Shown here piece by piece: positions 1-9,509 of a DNA stretch of 64,000 nt. The stretch lies in NCBI GenBank assembly GCA_963678065.2, contig CAXXVZ010000003.1:2016001-2080000 (forward strand), in the 5' to 3' direction. The stretch's first letter is position 1. Each line of letters begins with the position of its first letter. Origin of the DNA: Treponemataceae bacterium. GTDB taxonomy: Bacteria; Spirochaetota; Spirochaetia; Treponematales; Rectinemataceae. Under the pieces are notes generated by a model, which saw only the letters and a list, made by a program, of their open reading frames with translations, made no database searches and was not told the DNA's origin. The position numbers and the translations under genes are program-made.

Positions 1-312
1 GGCGAAGAGCAGCGCCACGGACACGGACCGGGGCGGATGCAGACCCGCGTATTGCCAGCAGAACATGAGCCAGAAGACAGGAATGAAGACGATCCCGACA
101 TATTCGAAAGAAATCCATGGCAGAATGCCTGCCATGTCGGTATTCCTCAACTCGAAGGAGTATCCCAGGGCATAGATCGAAGCGGACACCATGAGCGCCC
201 CAAAACTGCGGTTGCCTGCAGTCCGTGGGCTGAAAAAGGCCAACAGCGCGATGGCAAAGCCAGTGATGGCTATAGCCAGGAGGCAATATATTGCGGCAAG
301 TGGCTGGCTCAT
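1..312 (-). CDS. N-terminal part of a HisKA_7TM-type membrane sensor protein (histidine kinase or diguanylate cyclase); runs off the window
   Basis: Not in the ORF track. Manual translation from ATG at 312 (GAGGA RBS upstream) gives MSQPLAAIYCLLAIAITGFAIALLAFF...SIYALGYSFEL...WISFEYVGIVFIPVFWLMFCWQY, an open frame to position 1 with the hydrophobic pattern typical of 7TM sensor N-termini. Confidence 0.75.
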   Translation of the reverse strand, partial: MSQPLAAIYCLLAIAITGFAIALLAFFSPRTAGNRSFGALMVSASIYALGYSFELRNTDMAGILPWISFEYVGIVFIPVFWLMFCWQYAGLHPPRSVSVALLFA

Positions 313-491
313 GATTATCCTCGAAACGGACTGAATATTACCGCCTTCGCACAGCCGGGCGGCAGCGCAAAGGGATGGGATAGAAGTGTATCCCTGATTC
401 GCGGCAAGTCAAGCCATAGGGGCCGTAAGACTCCGGCGTATCCTCCAGCGCCGGAGAAGCCCCGGAGTCTCCTGAACCTCCCTTCAGTGAC

Positions 492-520
492 TTGTGCACA
501 GCAGTACCGGCTGGTACAAT
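492..520 (+). promoter_or_regulatory. sigma70-like promoter of aspS (TTGTGC-N17-TACAAT, TG-extended -10)
   Basis: Hexamers read directly; the -10 ends 8 nt before the ATG. Confidence 0.55.
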
Positions 521-528
521 AGTCGGTC

Positions 529-2373
529 ATGGAATACCAGAAAAGAACAGCGACCTGCGGAGAGCTCACGGCGGCCGACGCGGGCAAAAACGTAGTGCTC
601 AACGGATGGGTCCACCGCAAGCGCGACCACGGCGGGATATCTTTCGTCAACCTTCGCGACCGCTACGGCATCACCCAGGTCGTCGTCGACTCGGACGCCT
701 CCGAAACCCTGAAATCGACGGCCGCCGAGCTGAAAAACGAATACTGCATCTCTTTGTCCGGCACCGTGCGCGCCCGTCCCGAGTCCATGGTCAATGCGGA
801 TATGGCCACGGGAGGCATCGAGGTCGTGGCCTCCTCGATCCAGATACTCTCTCGCTGCGACGTACTCCCCTTCATGATCGACGAGAAGTCCGATGCCAAG
901 GAAGACCTGAGGCTCAAGTTCCGCTATCTGGACCTCCGTTCGGCCTCCATGCAGCGCAAGATGAAGCTCCGCCACGAAGTCGCCTTCGCGGTCCGCGAGC
1001 ACCTTGCCGGAAAAGGCTTCTACGAGATCGAGACGCCGACCTTCATCCGCTCGACCCCGGAAGGCGCGCGCGACTACCTCGTCCCCTCGCGCCTGTATCC
1101 CGGCAAATTCTACGCCCTGCCCCAGTCGCCCCAGCTCTACAAGCAGATCCTCATGGTCTCGGGCATGGACAAATACTTCCAGCTCGCCCGCTGCTACCGC
1201 GACGAGGATGCGCGCGGCGACCGTCAGCCCGAGTTCACCCAGATCGACATCGAGATGTCCTTCGTCAAGCGCGACGATATTCTGGAATTAGTCGAGGGCA
1301 TGATGGGCCACGTCTTCCGCAAGACTCTTGGCGTCGAGCTGCCCGCGACCTTCCGCCGCATCGCCTACGACGACTCCATCAACCTCTACGGAACGGACAA
1401 GCCCGATCTCCGCTTCGGCATGGCGATGCAGGACTTCGCTCCCTTCGTCGAAGCCTGCACCTTCCAGGCCTTCAAGGACGCCCTCGCAGCCGGCGGAACG
1501 GTCAAGGCCCTCGTCGTGCCCGGCAAAGCCGACTACTCCCGCAAGCAGATCGAAGAGCTCGAGGCCGCCGCCAGAGTTTACAAAGCCAAAGGCATGGCCT
1601 GGATGAAAGTGGCCGCCGGAGCTGCGGGCACAGCCGGATCCACCGGCACGGCCCCCAAGCTCGAGGGAGGGGCCTCCAAGTTCTTCGAGTCCAACTCCGC
1701 CGCCGTCATCTCCGGCCTCGGCGCCAAAACGGGCGACCTCATCCTCATGGTGGCCGACGCGAAGCACAAGGTCGCCTGCGCCTCCCTCGGCGCGGTGCGC
1801 TCAAGGCTCGGCAAGGACCTCGGCCTCTGCGATCCTTCGCGTCACCCCGAGGGTTCTGCGGCCCGCTTCGAGTTCGTCTGGATCGTCGACTTTCCCATGT
1901 TCGAATGGAACGAAGACGAGAGCAAGTGGGACGCCGCCCACCACATGTTCACGATGCCTCAGGAAAAATACCACGCCACCCTCGAGTCCGATCCGGGCTC
2001 GGTCAAGGGCGACCTCTACGACCTCGTCATGAACGGCTTCGAGCTGGCCTCGGGCTCCATCCGCATCCACGACCCCGATCTGCAGAACCGCATCTTCAAG
2101 ATCGTCGGCTTCTCGGTCGAAGAGGCCCAGCGCAAGTTCGGCTTCCTCGTCGACGCGTTCAAGTACGGTCCACCGCCCCACGGCGGCATCGCGCCCGGAC
2201 TCGACCGCCTCGTCATGCTCATGGCGGGCGAAACTTCCATCAAGGAAGTCATAGCCTTCCCCAAGAACTCCTTCGCCGTCTGCCCCATGGACGAATCGCC
2301 CAACGAGGTCGACGAGAAACAGCTGAAGGAAATCCACATCCGCATCGTCCCGAAGGAAGAGAAGAAGGACTGA
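529..2373 (+). CDS. aspS: Aspartate--tRNA ligase
   Basis: GWVHRKRDHGG, TPEGARDYLVPSR, PQSPQLYKQ, RDED..RQPEFTQID and GPPPHGGIAPGLDR motifs. Confidence 0.98.
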   Translation: MEYQKRTATCGELTAADAGKNVVLNGWVHRKRDHGGISFVNLRDRYGITQVVVDSDASETLKSTAAELKNEYCISLSGTVRARPESMVNADMATGGIEVVASSIQILSRCDVLPFMIDEKSDAKEDLRLKFRYLDLRSASMQRKMKLRHEVAFAVREHLAGKGFYEIETPTFIRSTPEGARDYLVPSRLYPGKFYALPQSPQLYKQILMVSGMDKYFQLARCYRDEDARGDRQPEFTQIDIEMSFVKRDDILELVEGMMGHVFRKTLGVELPATFRRIAYDDSINLYGTDKPDLRFGMAMQDFAPFVEACTFQAFKDALAAGGTVKALVVPGKADYSRKQIEELEAAARVYKAKGMAWMKVAAGAAGTAGSTGTAPKLEGGASKFFESNSAAVISGLGAKTGDLILMVADAKHKVACASLGAVRSRLGKDLGLCDPSRHPEGSAARFEFVWIVDFPMFEWNEDESKWDAAHHMFTMPQEKYHATLESDPGSVKGDLYDLVMNGFELASGSIRIHDPDLQNRIFKIVGFSVEEAQRKFGFLVDAFKYGPPPHGGIAPGLDRLVMLMAGETSIKEVIAFPKNSFAVCPMDESPNEVDEKQLKEIHIRIVPKEEKKD

Positions 2374-2394
2374 TCGTCCCGATTCTCGAAAAAG

Positions 2395-2433
2395 AAAAAG
2401 GCTGCCTGGAACCCGGTTCCGGACAGCCTTTTT
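2395..2433. terminator. Bidirectional intrinsic terminator
   Basis: AAAAAGGCTG...CAGCCTTTTT hairpin between convergent genes. Confidence 0.8.
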
Positions 2434-2437
2434 CATT

Positions 2438-3709
2438 TCAGGCCTGCTCCCTCACCTGCCAGCGCCCCTCGGAATACTTGAAGCGCGCCGCGGGCATGTC
2501 CAGAATCCTGCCGTCCTCGCCGGCCATCTTCACGGTGGAAGCGAGCGCGTTCACCTCGATCACCCTGAAGAGGACGCCCTCGTAGGTGAAGCGGGCGCCC
2601 TCGTTCGGAAGCTCGCGCCGGGCATCGCGGTAGAAGTTGTACTCGTAGGCCAGGCAGCAGAGCAGGCGCCCGCAGGGGCCCGAAATCTTGAGCGAGTTGA
2701 GCGAGAGGTTCTGGTCCTTCGCCATCTTGATCGAGACGGGCGTGAGTTTGTCCGACACCCCGTGACAGCAGAGCACGCGCCCGCAGACACCGCAGCCGCC
2801 CGTCACCCTGGCCTCGTCGCGCACGCCGATCTGGCGCAGCTCGATGCGCATCTTGAAATTCGACACGAGATCCTTGACGAGTTCACGGAAGTCGACGCGG
2901 GACTCGGCGCTGAAATAGAAAAGCACCTTGGGCTCTTCGAGGAGATAGTGGGCCGAGACAAGCTTCATCGCGAGGTTGCGCGAAGATATCTTCTGCCTGC
3001 AGAGTTCGAAAGCGGTGGCTTCCTTCACGAGGTTGGCCTCGTGTCGTCTGAGATCCTCGGCCGTCGCGATCCTGTCGATCTCGACGACTTCGTCCGCATT
3101 GACGACACCGAGATCCCGTATGATGCCCTGGACTTCGCAGAGATCCCTCCCGTAGCGTGTCGGCGCGACCACCATCCCGCCGGTCGGGAGTATCCCCGTC
3201 TCGAGAAAATGCCGCATTGTCGGCGTCCTGTCGGCGTCGGGCTCCGCGGCTTGTCCTGCCGCCATGGCCTGCACTCTCTGTCCATGAAGGATCTCCGCCT
3301 CCGGGATCGAACCGAGGCCCGTCTCCGTGTGCCGGTTTTCGGCTGAGTCCTCTGCTTCCGGACCGGTCAGGGCGCCGCAGGACAGATCCCCGGCCTCCTC
3401 CTCTGAGGGGGCGGCCGCTGCCGGCTCTCCTGACACGGCCACTGTCGGAGGTGCGCCGGCCTCCTCGCCCTCGATCTTCTCGCCCGGAACCGCGTTTCCC
3501 GGGACAGCTCCTCCTGCGGCTGGCTCCTCGCCGAACCACGCGAAGAATGTCTCGTTGGAATGAATCGTCCGGATCCGATACAGAGGCGAGGGCAGCTCGG
3601 ATGCCAAGCCACGCTCGCCGGGTTTGACGGAAGCATGATTCATCTCGTCTTCGAGGTGCTTCAGCTCCTCCTCGCTCATATGGAAAGAATCGTCACGAAA
3701 GTTCGCCAT
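2438..3709 (-). CDS. PSP1/RicT (YaaT) family protein
   Basis: RVDFRELVKDL, RIELRQIGVRDEA, GCGVCGRVLCC, KMAKDQNLSLN..KISGPCGRLLCCL. Confidence 0.92.
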   Translation of the reverse strand: MANFRDDSFHMSEEELKHLEDEMNHASVKPGERGLASELPSPLYRIRTIHSNETFFAWFGEEPAAGGAVPGNAVPGEKIEGEEAGAPPTVAVSGEPAAAAPSEEEAGDLSCGALTGPEAEDSAENRHTETGLGSIPEAEILHGQRVQAMAAGQAAEPDADRTPTMRHFLETGILPTGGMVVAPTRYGRDLCEVQGIIRDLGVVNADEVVEIDRIATAEDLRRHEANLVKEATAFELCRQKISSRNLAMKLVSAHYLLEEPKVLFYFSAESRVDFRELVKDLVSNFKMRIELRQIGVRDEARVTGGCGVCGRVLCCHGVSDKLTPVSIKMAKDQNLSLNSLKISGPCGRLLCCLAYEYNFYRDARRELPNEGARFTYEGVLFRVIEVNALASTVKMAGEDGRILDMPAARFKYSEGRWQVREQA

Positions 3710-4152
3710 CAGGATTCTCCTGGAAACGGATTTCTGGATGGTTTCATGCCCGCCGGAGCCGTATCCCCGGCGGTTCTCCCCATAAATGCCGCGCGGTCGG
3801 ACAGGCTTTCGGAAGCGGTGCCGGAAACCTGCACCCTGCCTTTGAAAACCGATCCCTCCGCCGCCTCGAGTCGCGCGGCGAAAATATCTCCCCGCACCCG
3901 CCCCTCTTTTCCCGTCTCGAGGGTCCCTAGGACGTAGACACCGCCCTGGACAAAACCCCCGATCGAAGCGGACGCGGCGACGATATCGCCGTACACTGTG
4001 GCCTTGGTCCCCACTATAACAGATCCTTCGGCATGAATCGATCCGTGGACAGAGCCGTCCACGCGGACGACGCCCGAGGTTTCCACATCTCCCCGGACAA
4101 CAGTGTCGGGGCCGATGATGGTTTGCACAGGATCAATCCGCCTTCTCTTCAT
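3709..4152 (-). CDS. Bactofilin (polymer-forming cytoskeletal protein)
   Basis: TIIG..V.GD...G..RVDG...G.I beta-helix repeats ending GSVFKG. Confidence 0.92.
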   Translation of the reverse strand: MKRRRIDPVQTIIGPDTVVRGDVETSGVVRVDGSVHGSIHAEGSVIVGTKATVYGDIVAASASIGGFVQGGVYVLGTLETGKEGRVRGDIFAARLEAAEGSVFKGRVQVSGTASESLSDRAAFMGRTAGDTAPAGMKPSRNPFPGES

Positions 4153-4159
4153 TCCGCGC

Positions 4160-5203
4160 TCACTTTCCGCTTCCGCCGGCCGCGGAAGGGCTCCCCGAAG
4201 GCCTCTCGGAGCGGATGTTGAGAAATTTCAGAGGATCGATGACACTGGTCCCGAGGTGGACCTCGTAATGCAGGTGAGGCCCCGTCGTCTTGCCGGTATT
4301 GCCCAGAAAGGCGATCACTTGCCCCTGCTGGACCTTCTGGCCCTTGGTCACCTTGAAGGACTGGAGGTGGCCGTAGCGCGTGAAGAACCCGTGACTGTGC
4401 TGCAGGATGAGATAGTTCCCCAGCCCGGAGTCGTATCCCGACTGGATGACCTTGCCGTCGGCGCTCGCGAGCACTGAATCTCCGCTGCGGGACGTCGAAA
4501 TGTCTATGCCGTTGTGAATGTACCATTGTCCCGAAAATGGATTTTCATTCTGCCCGAAGTACATTGACACATGCCCTATTCCGCCCCTTATGGGCCATAT
4601 GTTGGGTATTTCGTTCATGATTTTCCCCTGGTTTTCCATGAGGGAAGCAATCTGCGCGAGAGGAGCGGATGCGCCGTCCAGATATCCCGAGAGCTTGTCC
4701 ATCTCCCCGATCTCGCGGAGGCCATCCCCGTCTCCGGCGTCCGAGAGCCCGACGCTGCCCATTCCGCCACTTTCCGGCATGGCGTCCGTCAGGCCGGCGG
4801 CGGCGACCGTCGTCGCCAGAACCTTCTCGAAGCGCCTCGCCGATCCGGCAAGTCGCCCGGCCTCGTCCCTCATCGCGTCGAGATTCATGCGCGCGGTCTC
4901 GAGTTCGTTCCGGGCATGCTCGAGGCGCAGGGCCGTCGCCGCATACCGCACAGAGGCAAAAACGCCGAATCCGGCAGCGCAGACCAGGAGAAGGCCGAAG
5001 AGGGCCAGCGCGGGGTAGGAAAAATGGAACCTGCGCGCAGGTTTCTCCGAATGCGGCACGATGAGTATGCTCAGCTGTTTCCTGTTTGTCGCGCGGATCG
5101 AACCGAAGAACCTGCCCACGGCATGAAAACTCGCCCCCAGTCCTCCGACGAGGCGCGCGTAGACAGACCTCTCGATGCTTTTAAGGCGCTTCAGCGTGGA
5201 CAC
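4160..5203 (-). CDS. M23 family metallopeptidase with N-terminal TM and coiled coil
   Basis: HNGIDI, YGHL and GNTGKTTGPHLHYEV motifs. Confidence 0.95.
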   Translation of the reverse strand: MSTLKRLKSIERSVYARLVGGLGASFHAVGRFFGSIRATNRKQLSILIVPHSEKPARRFHFSYPALALFGLLLVCAAGFGVFASVRYAATALRLEHARNELETARMNLDAMRDEAGRLAGSARRFEKVLATTVAAAGLTDAMPESGGMGSVGLSDAGDGDGLREIGEMDKLSGYLDGASAPLAQIASLMENQGKIMNEIPNIWPIRGGIGHVSMYFGQNENPFSGQWYIHNGIDISTSRSGDSVLASADGKVIQSGYDSGLGNYLILQHSHGFFTRYGHLQSFKVTKGQKVQQGQVIAFLGNTGKTTGPHLHYEVHLGTSVIDPLKFLNIRSERPSGSPSAAGGSGK

Positions 5204-5249
5204 CGACAGGACTCCTTGGGCGGGACAAAGCCTTTGCGAACCACGTAAT

Positions 5250-5276
5250 TTAGCACTCGGAAGGAAATAATGTCAA
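5250..5276. promoter_or_regulatory. Degenerate CIRCE-like element overlapping a divergent TTGACA-N18-TAAATT promoter
   Basis: TTAGCACTC (perfect left arm)-N9-TAATGTCAA (5/9 match to GAGTGCTAA), upstream of htpG. Confidence 0.35.
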
Positions 5277-5361
5277 ACCAGATCCCTCCCGAGTCCTGCA
5301 GCCCAGCCCCTGCAGATCCTGCGCCGCAGTCAGTATCCTTCCGGCACGCGTCCTTCCGAGA

Positions 5362-5390
5362 TTGACTCTCCCGGATTCCTTCTCTACATT
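5362..5390 (+). promoter_or_regulatory. sigma70-like promoter of htpG
   Basis: TTGACT-N17-TACATT. Confidence 0.6.
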
Positions 5391-5441
5391 ATATGAAAGC
5401 GAAGAACCGCGCCACACACATCTTTCGAGAGGTACACGACA

Positions 5442-7304
5442 ATGTCCAACCACCACTTCAAGACCGAGGTATCGCGCCTCCTCGACCTCATCATCCACTC
5501 TCTGTATTCCCACAAAGAGATTTTCCTCAGGGAACTGATCTCGAACGCCTCCGACGCCATCGACAAGCTCAGGTACCTGCGTCTGGCGGACGAAGCCTAC
5601 AAGAATCTCGCCTTCGATCCGGACATCGAAGTCAGCATCGACAATGAGGCCAAAACCCTCACCGTCAGCGACAACGGCATAGGCATGGACGAGAAGGAGC
5701 TCGAGGAGAACCTTGGCACCATCGCCCGCTCCGGCACCCGAAACTTCCTCGAAAAGATGCCCGACACCGAGCGCAAGGACTCCAATCTCATCGGCCAGTT
5801 CGGTGTCGGCTTCTATTCCGCCTTCATGGTCGCCGACAAGGTCGAGGTGACGAGCCGCAAAGCCGGCAGCGACCGGGCTTTCGTGTGGAGTTCCGCCGGC
5901 AAGGGCGAGTATTCCGTCGATCCGGCCATCAAGGCCAGCCAGGGCACCGAGATCCGCGTCCACCTGAACGGGGAAGGAACGGAATACCTCTCGCGCTGGA
6001 AGGTCGAGGAAGTCCTCAAAAAATACTCCAACCACGTCGCCTATCCCATCCGCCTCGTCTCCATGGAAGGCGACTACGACGATCAGGGCAAGAAAAAGGG
6101 CGAAAAAAAACGCGATGAGCGCGTGAACGCCGCGAGCGCCCTCTGGCGCAGACCCAAGTCCGAGCTCAAGGAAGAGGATTACACCGAGTTCTACAAGTCC
6201 TTCACCGGCACCGACGAGGCTCCGCTGCACTGGGTCCACACCCGCGCGGAAGGCAGCATCGAGTACTCCACACTCTTCTACTTTCCCTCCAAGGCACCCT
6301 TCGACCTCTACCGCGCCGACTACAAGCCCGGCGTCAAGCTCTACGTCCGCCGCGTCTTCATCACCGACGACGAGAAGGAGCTTCTGCCGACCTACCTCCG
6401 CTTCGTGCGCGGCGTCATCGACTCCGAAGACCTCCCGCTCAATGTGAGCCGCGAGATCCTCCAGCAGAACAAGGTGATGAACAACATCCGCCAGGCCTCG
6501 GTCAAGAAGATCCTCGGCGAACTCACCGAGATGTCGACGAAGAATCCGGATAAGTTCATCTCCTTCATCGGACAGTTCAACCGCCTCCTCAAGGAAGGCC
6601 TCTACGGCGACTATGCCAATCGCGAGACCCTCCTTGGCCTCGCCCGCTGGAAGAGCACTGGCGTCGACGGCTGGACGAGCTTCGCCGACTACAAGTCCCG
6701 CATCAAGGAAGGGCAGAAGGCCATCTACTACATCGCGGGCAACGACGAGGAGCGTCTGCGCCGCTCGCCCCTTCTCGAGATGTACCGCAAGAACGGCTTC
6801 GAGGTCCTCGTCTGCTCGGACGAGATCGACGAGATCGTCCTCTCCGCCCTCGGTCCCGTCGAAGGGCTCGAACTCAAGAGCGTCAACCGCTCCGGCAGCG
6901 AATCGGAGATCGAGTCCAAAGAAGCCGAAAAGCCGGCCGAAGAGCGTGAAGCCGGAGAGAAGGCTGTCGCGGCGGCCAAGAAGATCCTCGGCGATGCCGT
7001 GAAAGACGTGCGCCTCTCCAAACGGCTCGCGGAAAGCCCTTCCTGCGTCGTCGTCGACTCCGACGACCCCACTCTGCAGTTCCGCGAGATGATGAAGCAG
7101 TTCGGCGGCTCGGACTTCCCCGAGGTCAAGCCCATCCTCGAGCTGAACGGTGGCCACGAGCTCGTGCGGCGTCTCGCCTCCGCTGACGGCGAAGCAGCCG
7201 AAGACCTCGCCCGCGTTCTTTTAGACCAGGCCCTCATCATGGAAGGCGCCCCGCTCGCAGACCCCGCTGGTTTCGTCCAGAGACTCAACCGCCTCCTCAA
7301 GTAG
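5442..7304 (+). CDS. htpG: Chaperone HtpG (Hsp90)
   Basis: YSHKEIFLRELISNASDA, DNGIGM, GTIARSGT, IGQFGVGFYSAF, DSEDLPLNVSRE. Confidence 0.98.
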   Translation: MSNHHFKTEVSRLLDLIIHSLYSHKEIFLRELISNASDAIDKLRYLRLADEAYKNLAFDPDIEVSIDNEAKTLTVSDNGIGMDEKELEENLGTIARSGTRNFLEKMPDTERKDSNLIGQFGVGFYSAFMVADKVEVTSRKAGSDRAFVWSSAGKGEYSVDPAIKASQGTEIRVHLNGEGTEYLSRWKVEEVLKKYSNHVAYPIRLVSMEGDYDDQGKKKGEKKRDERVNAASALWRRPKSELKEEDYTEFYKSFTGTDEAPLHWVHTRAEGSIEYSTLFYFPSKAPFDLYRADYKPGVKLYVRRVFITDDEKELLPTYLRFVRGVIDSEDLPLNVSREILQQNKVMNNIRQASVKKILGELTEMSTKNPDKFISFIGQFNRLLKEGLYGDYANRETLLGLARWKSTGVDGWTSFADYKSRIKEGQKAIYYIAGNDEERLRRSPLLEMYRKNGFEVLVCSDEIDEIVLSALGPVEGLELKSVNRSGSESEIESKEAEKPAEEREAGEKAVAAAKKILGDAVKDVRLSKRLAESPSCVVVDSDDPTLQFREMMKQFGGSDFPEVKPILELNGGHELVRRLASADGEAAEDLARVLLDQALIMEGAPLADPAGFVQRLNRLLK

Positions 7305-8637
7305 GAACCAGGATCGTGCAGACGGTCCGCCCCGGCGCGGAGCTGAAGTCGATGCTCCAGCCCTGCGCCTCGATGATCAGTTTGGCCACAGAGAGCCCAA
7401 GACCGAAGCCTGAACCCTTGCGCGAGCGAGACCCCCGATAAAACGGATCGAAGAGGAATTTAATCTCATCCTGAGGAATTCCCGGTCCGTCGTTTCCTAT
7501 CCTGATGACGAGGTCGGAGCCCTCCATTTGAGCGGCGAGGTCTATCGCGCCGCCTTCTTCGGAATACCGCATGGCGTTGCCGGCGAGGTTCTCGAAAACC
7601 CTTGTGACCTGCGACAGATCCATCCTGACCACAAGGTCCTCCGGGATGTCGAGCTTGTACGAGTAGGACTTGCCCACGAGCTGCATGTCCTCGTCGAGCC
7701 GCTCACAGAGAGTCTCGAAGAAAGGGGCCATCCGCACGTCGGAGTTACTCAGTTTCCATTCCCCTCTTTCCATCTGCATGAACTCTATGAGCTCGTCGAT
7801 CCGGGATTTGAGCAGTTCCGATTTGTCGATGATGATGGAGGAATACTTTTCCCTCTCCTCCTCCGTCCCCGCAAGGCCATCGTGGATGGCCTCCGCGTAG
7901 CCCCTGATATTCGAGAGCGGGGTCCTGAGATCGTGCGAGACGCCCATCACGAACCGGGCGCGGCGGGCAAACTCTTCCTTGAGCGAGGTGCGCATCGAAT
8001 CGAGCGAACGGGAGAAGTCCGCCAGTTCGGCGACGCCGCCGATGACGACACTCGAATCGAGATCTCCCGCGGATATGCGCGCGGCCGAGGCTTCGAGGGC
8101 GCTCGTCGACTGCTTCAGTCGCCGTATGAACAGGGTCGCAAACAGGGCTGTAAACACGAGAAGTGGAATGACGAATATGAGAAGCAACCTGTAAATCATC
8201 ATTTCGGGTCTGGGCGGACCCTTGCCGCCCTCCCCCACGGCGACCTGGATCAACTCCTTTCCATCCCGAAGAACAGGTTGAATGAAAAACATGGGTTTTT
8301 TGTTCTGCGCGCGAAGGAAGCGGACAAGATCGAACAGCGAAGACTTCGCCCCCGCTGGAAGTGCATCCACTGTCGAGGAGACGATCCCTCCATCCTCGGC
8401 CAGCAGAACGATGGATGTTACATTGGGCGGAATCTCTCGCTCCGGGTGCGGCCCATCTTTGACGGATTGCTGACCCGTGGCAGCGGCCTCTGCCGCGGAG
8501 CTGTGCTGTCGTACAAAACGGATATACTCCGGCTCTGGCGCGAAAAGGCGCTGGGCTGAAAAATACAGAGTCACGGAGAGCACCGGAATGACGAGGACGC
8601 CGGCGGTCAGCAGGGCGAAACCCGTCTTGAGCTTCAT
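7297..8637 (-). CDS. HAMP-domain sensor histidine kinase
   Basis: Two TM segments, HAMP, SHDLRTPL H-box, ENL..NA, DGPGI, FDPFYR and GFGLGL; start taken at MKLKTG (ATGA overlap with the regulator). Confidence 0.93.
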   Translation of the reverse strand: MKLKTGFALLTAGVLVIPVLSVTLYFSAQRLFAPEPEYIRFVRQHSSAAEAAATGQQSVKDGPHPEREIPPNVTSIVLLAEDGGIVSSTVDALPAGAKSSLFDLVRFLRAQNKKPMFFIQPVLRDGKELIQVAVGEGGKGPPRPEMMIYRLLLIFVIPLLVFTALFATLFIRRLKQSTSALEASAARISAGDLDSSVVIGGVAELADFSRSLDSMRTSLKEEFARRARFVMGVSHDLRTPLSNIRGYAEAIHDGLAGTEEEREKYSSIIIDKSELLKSRIDELIEFMQMERGEWKLSNSDVRMAPFFETLCERLDEDMQLVGKSYSYKLDIPEDLVVRMDLSQVTRVFENLAGNAMRYSEEGGAIDLAAQMEGSDLVIRIGNDGPGIPQDEIKFLFDPFYRGSRSRKGSGFGLGLSVAKLIIEAQGWSIDFSSAPGRTVCTILVPT

Positions 8638-9332
8638 TCGCACTCCTCTCCTTCGTCGGCGCAGAAGCGGTATCCCTTTCCCCGCACCGTCTTTATGTAC
8701 CTGGGATTGGACGCGTCGACCTCGATTTTCTTGCGGATTCGCTGGATATAGACGCCTACGGCCGTCAGATCGCCGTAGGCGTTGCCCCACACCTTGTCGT
8801 AGAGCTCCTCGGGAGTGAAGGCCTTCCCCATCGATTTGACCAGAAAGAGGAAGAGCTCGAACTCTCGTGTGGAAAGGACTATCCGTTCGCCGTCTTTCTT
8901 CACGAAATACGCATCGGGATCTATGGAAAAGGGTCCGACACAGATGCTGCGATCGACGATTCCGCCAAGCCTGGACCGTCTGAGAAGAGCGTCGACGCGG
9001 GCGCAGAGTACTCGGGGAGAGAAGGGCTTCGTGACGAACTCGTCGGCGCCCATGCCGAGGCCGAGCACCACATCCTCATCGGCGTTCCGCGCCGATACGA
9101 TGATGACCGGCAAGTCCTTTTCCTTCCGGATCGTCCTGAGGAACTCGAAGCCACTCACTCCAGGAAGATTGAGGTCGAGAAGAACAAGATCGATCGAACC
9201 CGACTTGACCAGCGCAAGTCCCTCTTCGGCGGTTCCGGCCTGTATGGTTTCGTATCCTTCTTTGTCGAGGTAGAGTTTGATGAGTTCCCGGATTTCGTCT
9301 TCGTCCTCGATGACGAGTATTCTGTGCTTCAT
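8634..9332 (-). CDS. OmpR/PhoB family response regulator
   Basis: ILVIEDE, LLDLNLP, GADEFVTKPF and a winged helix ending IKTVRGKGY. Confidence 0.95.
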   Translation of the reverse strand: MKHRILVIEDEDEIRELIKLYLDKEGYETIQAGTAEEGLALVKSGSIDLVLLDLNLPGVSGFEFLRTIRKEKDLPVIIVSARNADEDVVLGLGMGADEFVTKPFSPRVLCARVDALLRRSRLGGIVDRSICVGPFSIDPDAYFVKKDGERIVLSTREFELFLFLVKSMGKAFTPEELYDKVWGNAYGDLTAVGVYIQRIRKKIEVDASNPRYIKTVRGKGYRFCADEGEECE

Positions 9333-9509
9333 TGTCGCCTCGCTCGGTTCATATTGACGCAAAAGTATCCGCGGGCGGTTCCGGTTACAATACACGGAGG
9401 ATGACAGCTGCATAACGTCTTGTTTTATTGAACATGCGAGAGGGCAGGATTGCAAGCTGCTTTACCCGATACCTTCAACAAAAGCGGATCGATGACGTAT
9501 AGTGCACAC

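Noticed and set aside
37..522. 161-aa + strand ORF at the window start
   Set aside because: The opposite strand encodes a convincing membrane sensor N-terminus with an RBS.
492..2585. 697-aa Arg/Pro-rich ORF overlapping aspS
   Set aside because: It is an alternative-frame artefact of GC-rich codon usage.
5250..7157. 635-aa ORF antisense to htpG
   Set aside because: It is an in-register antisense frame kept open by codon bias, with no independent evidence of coding.
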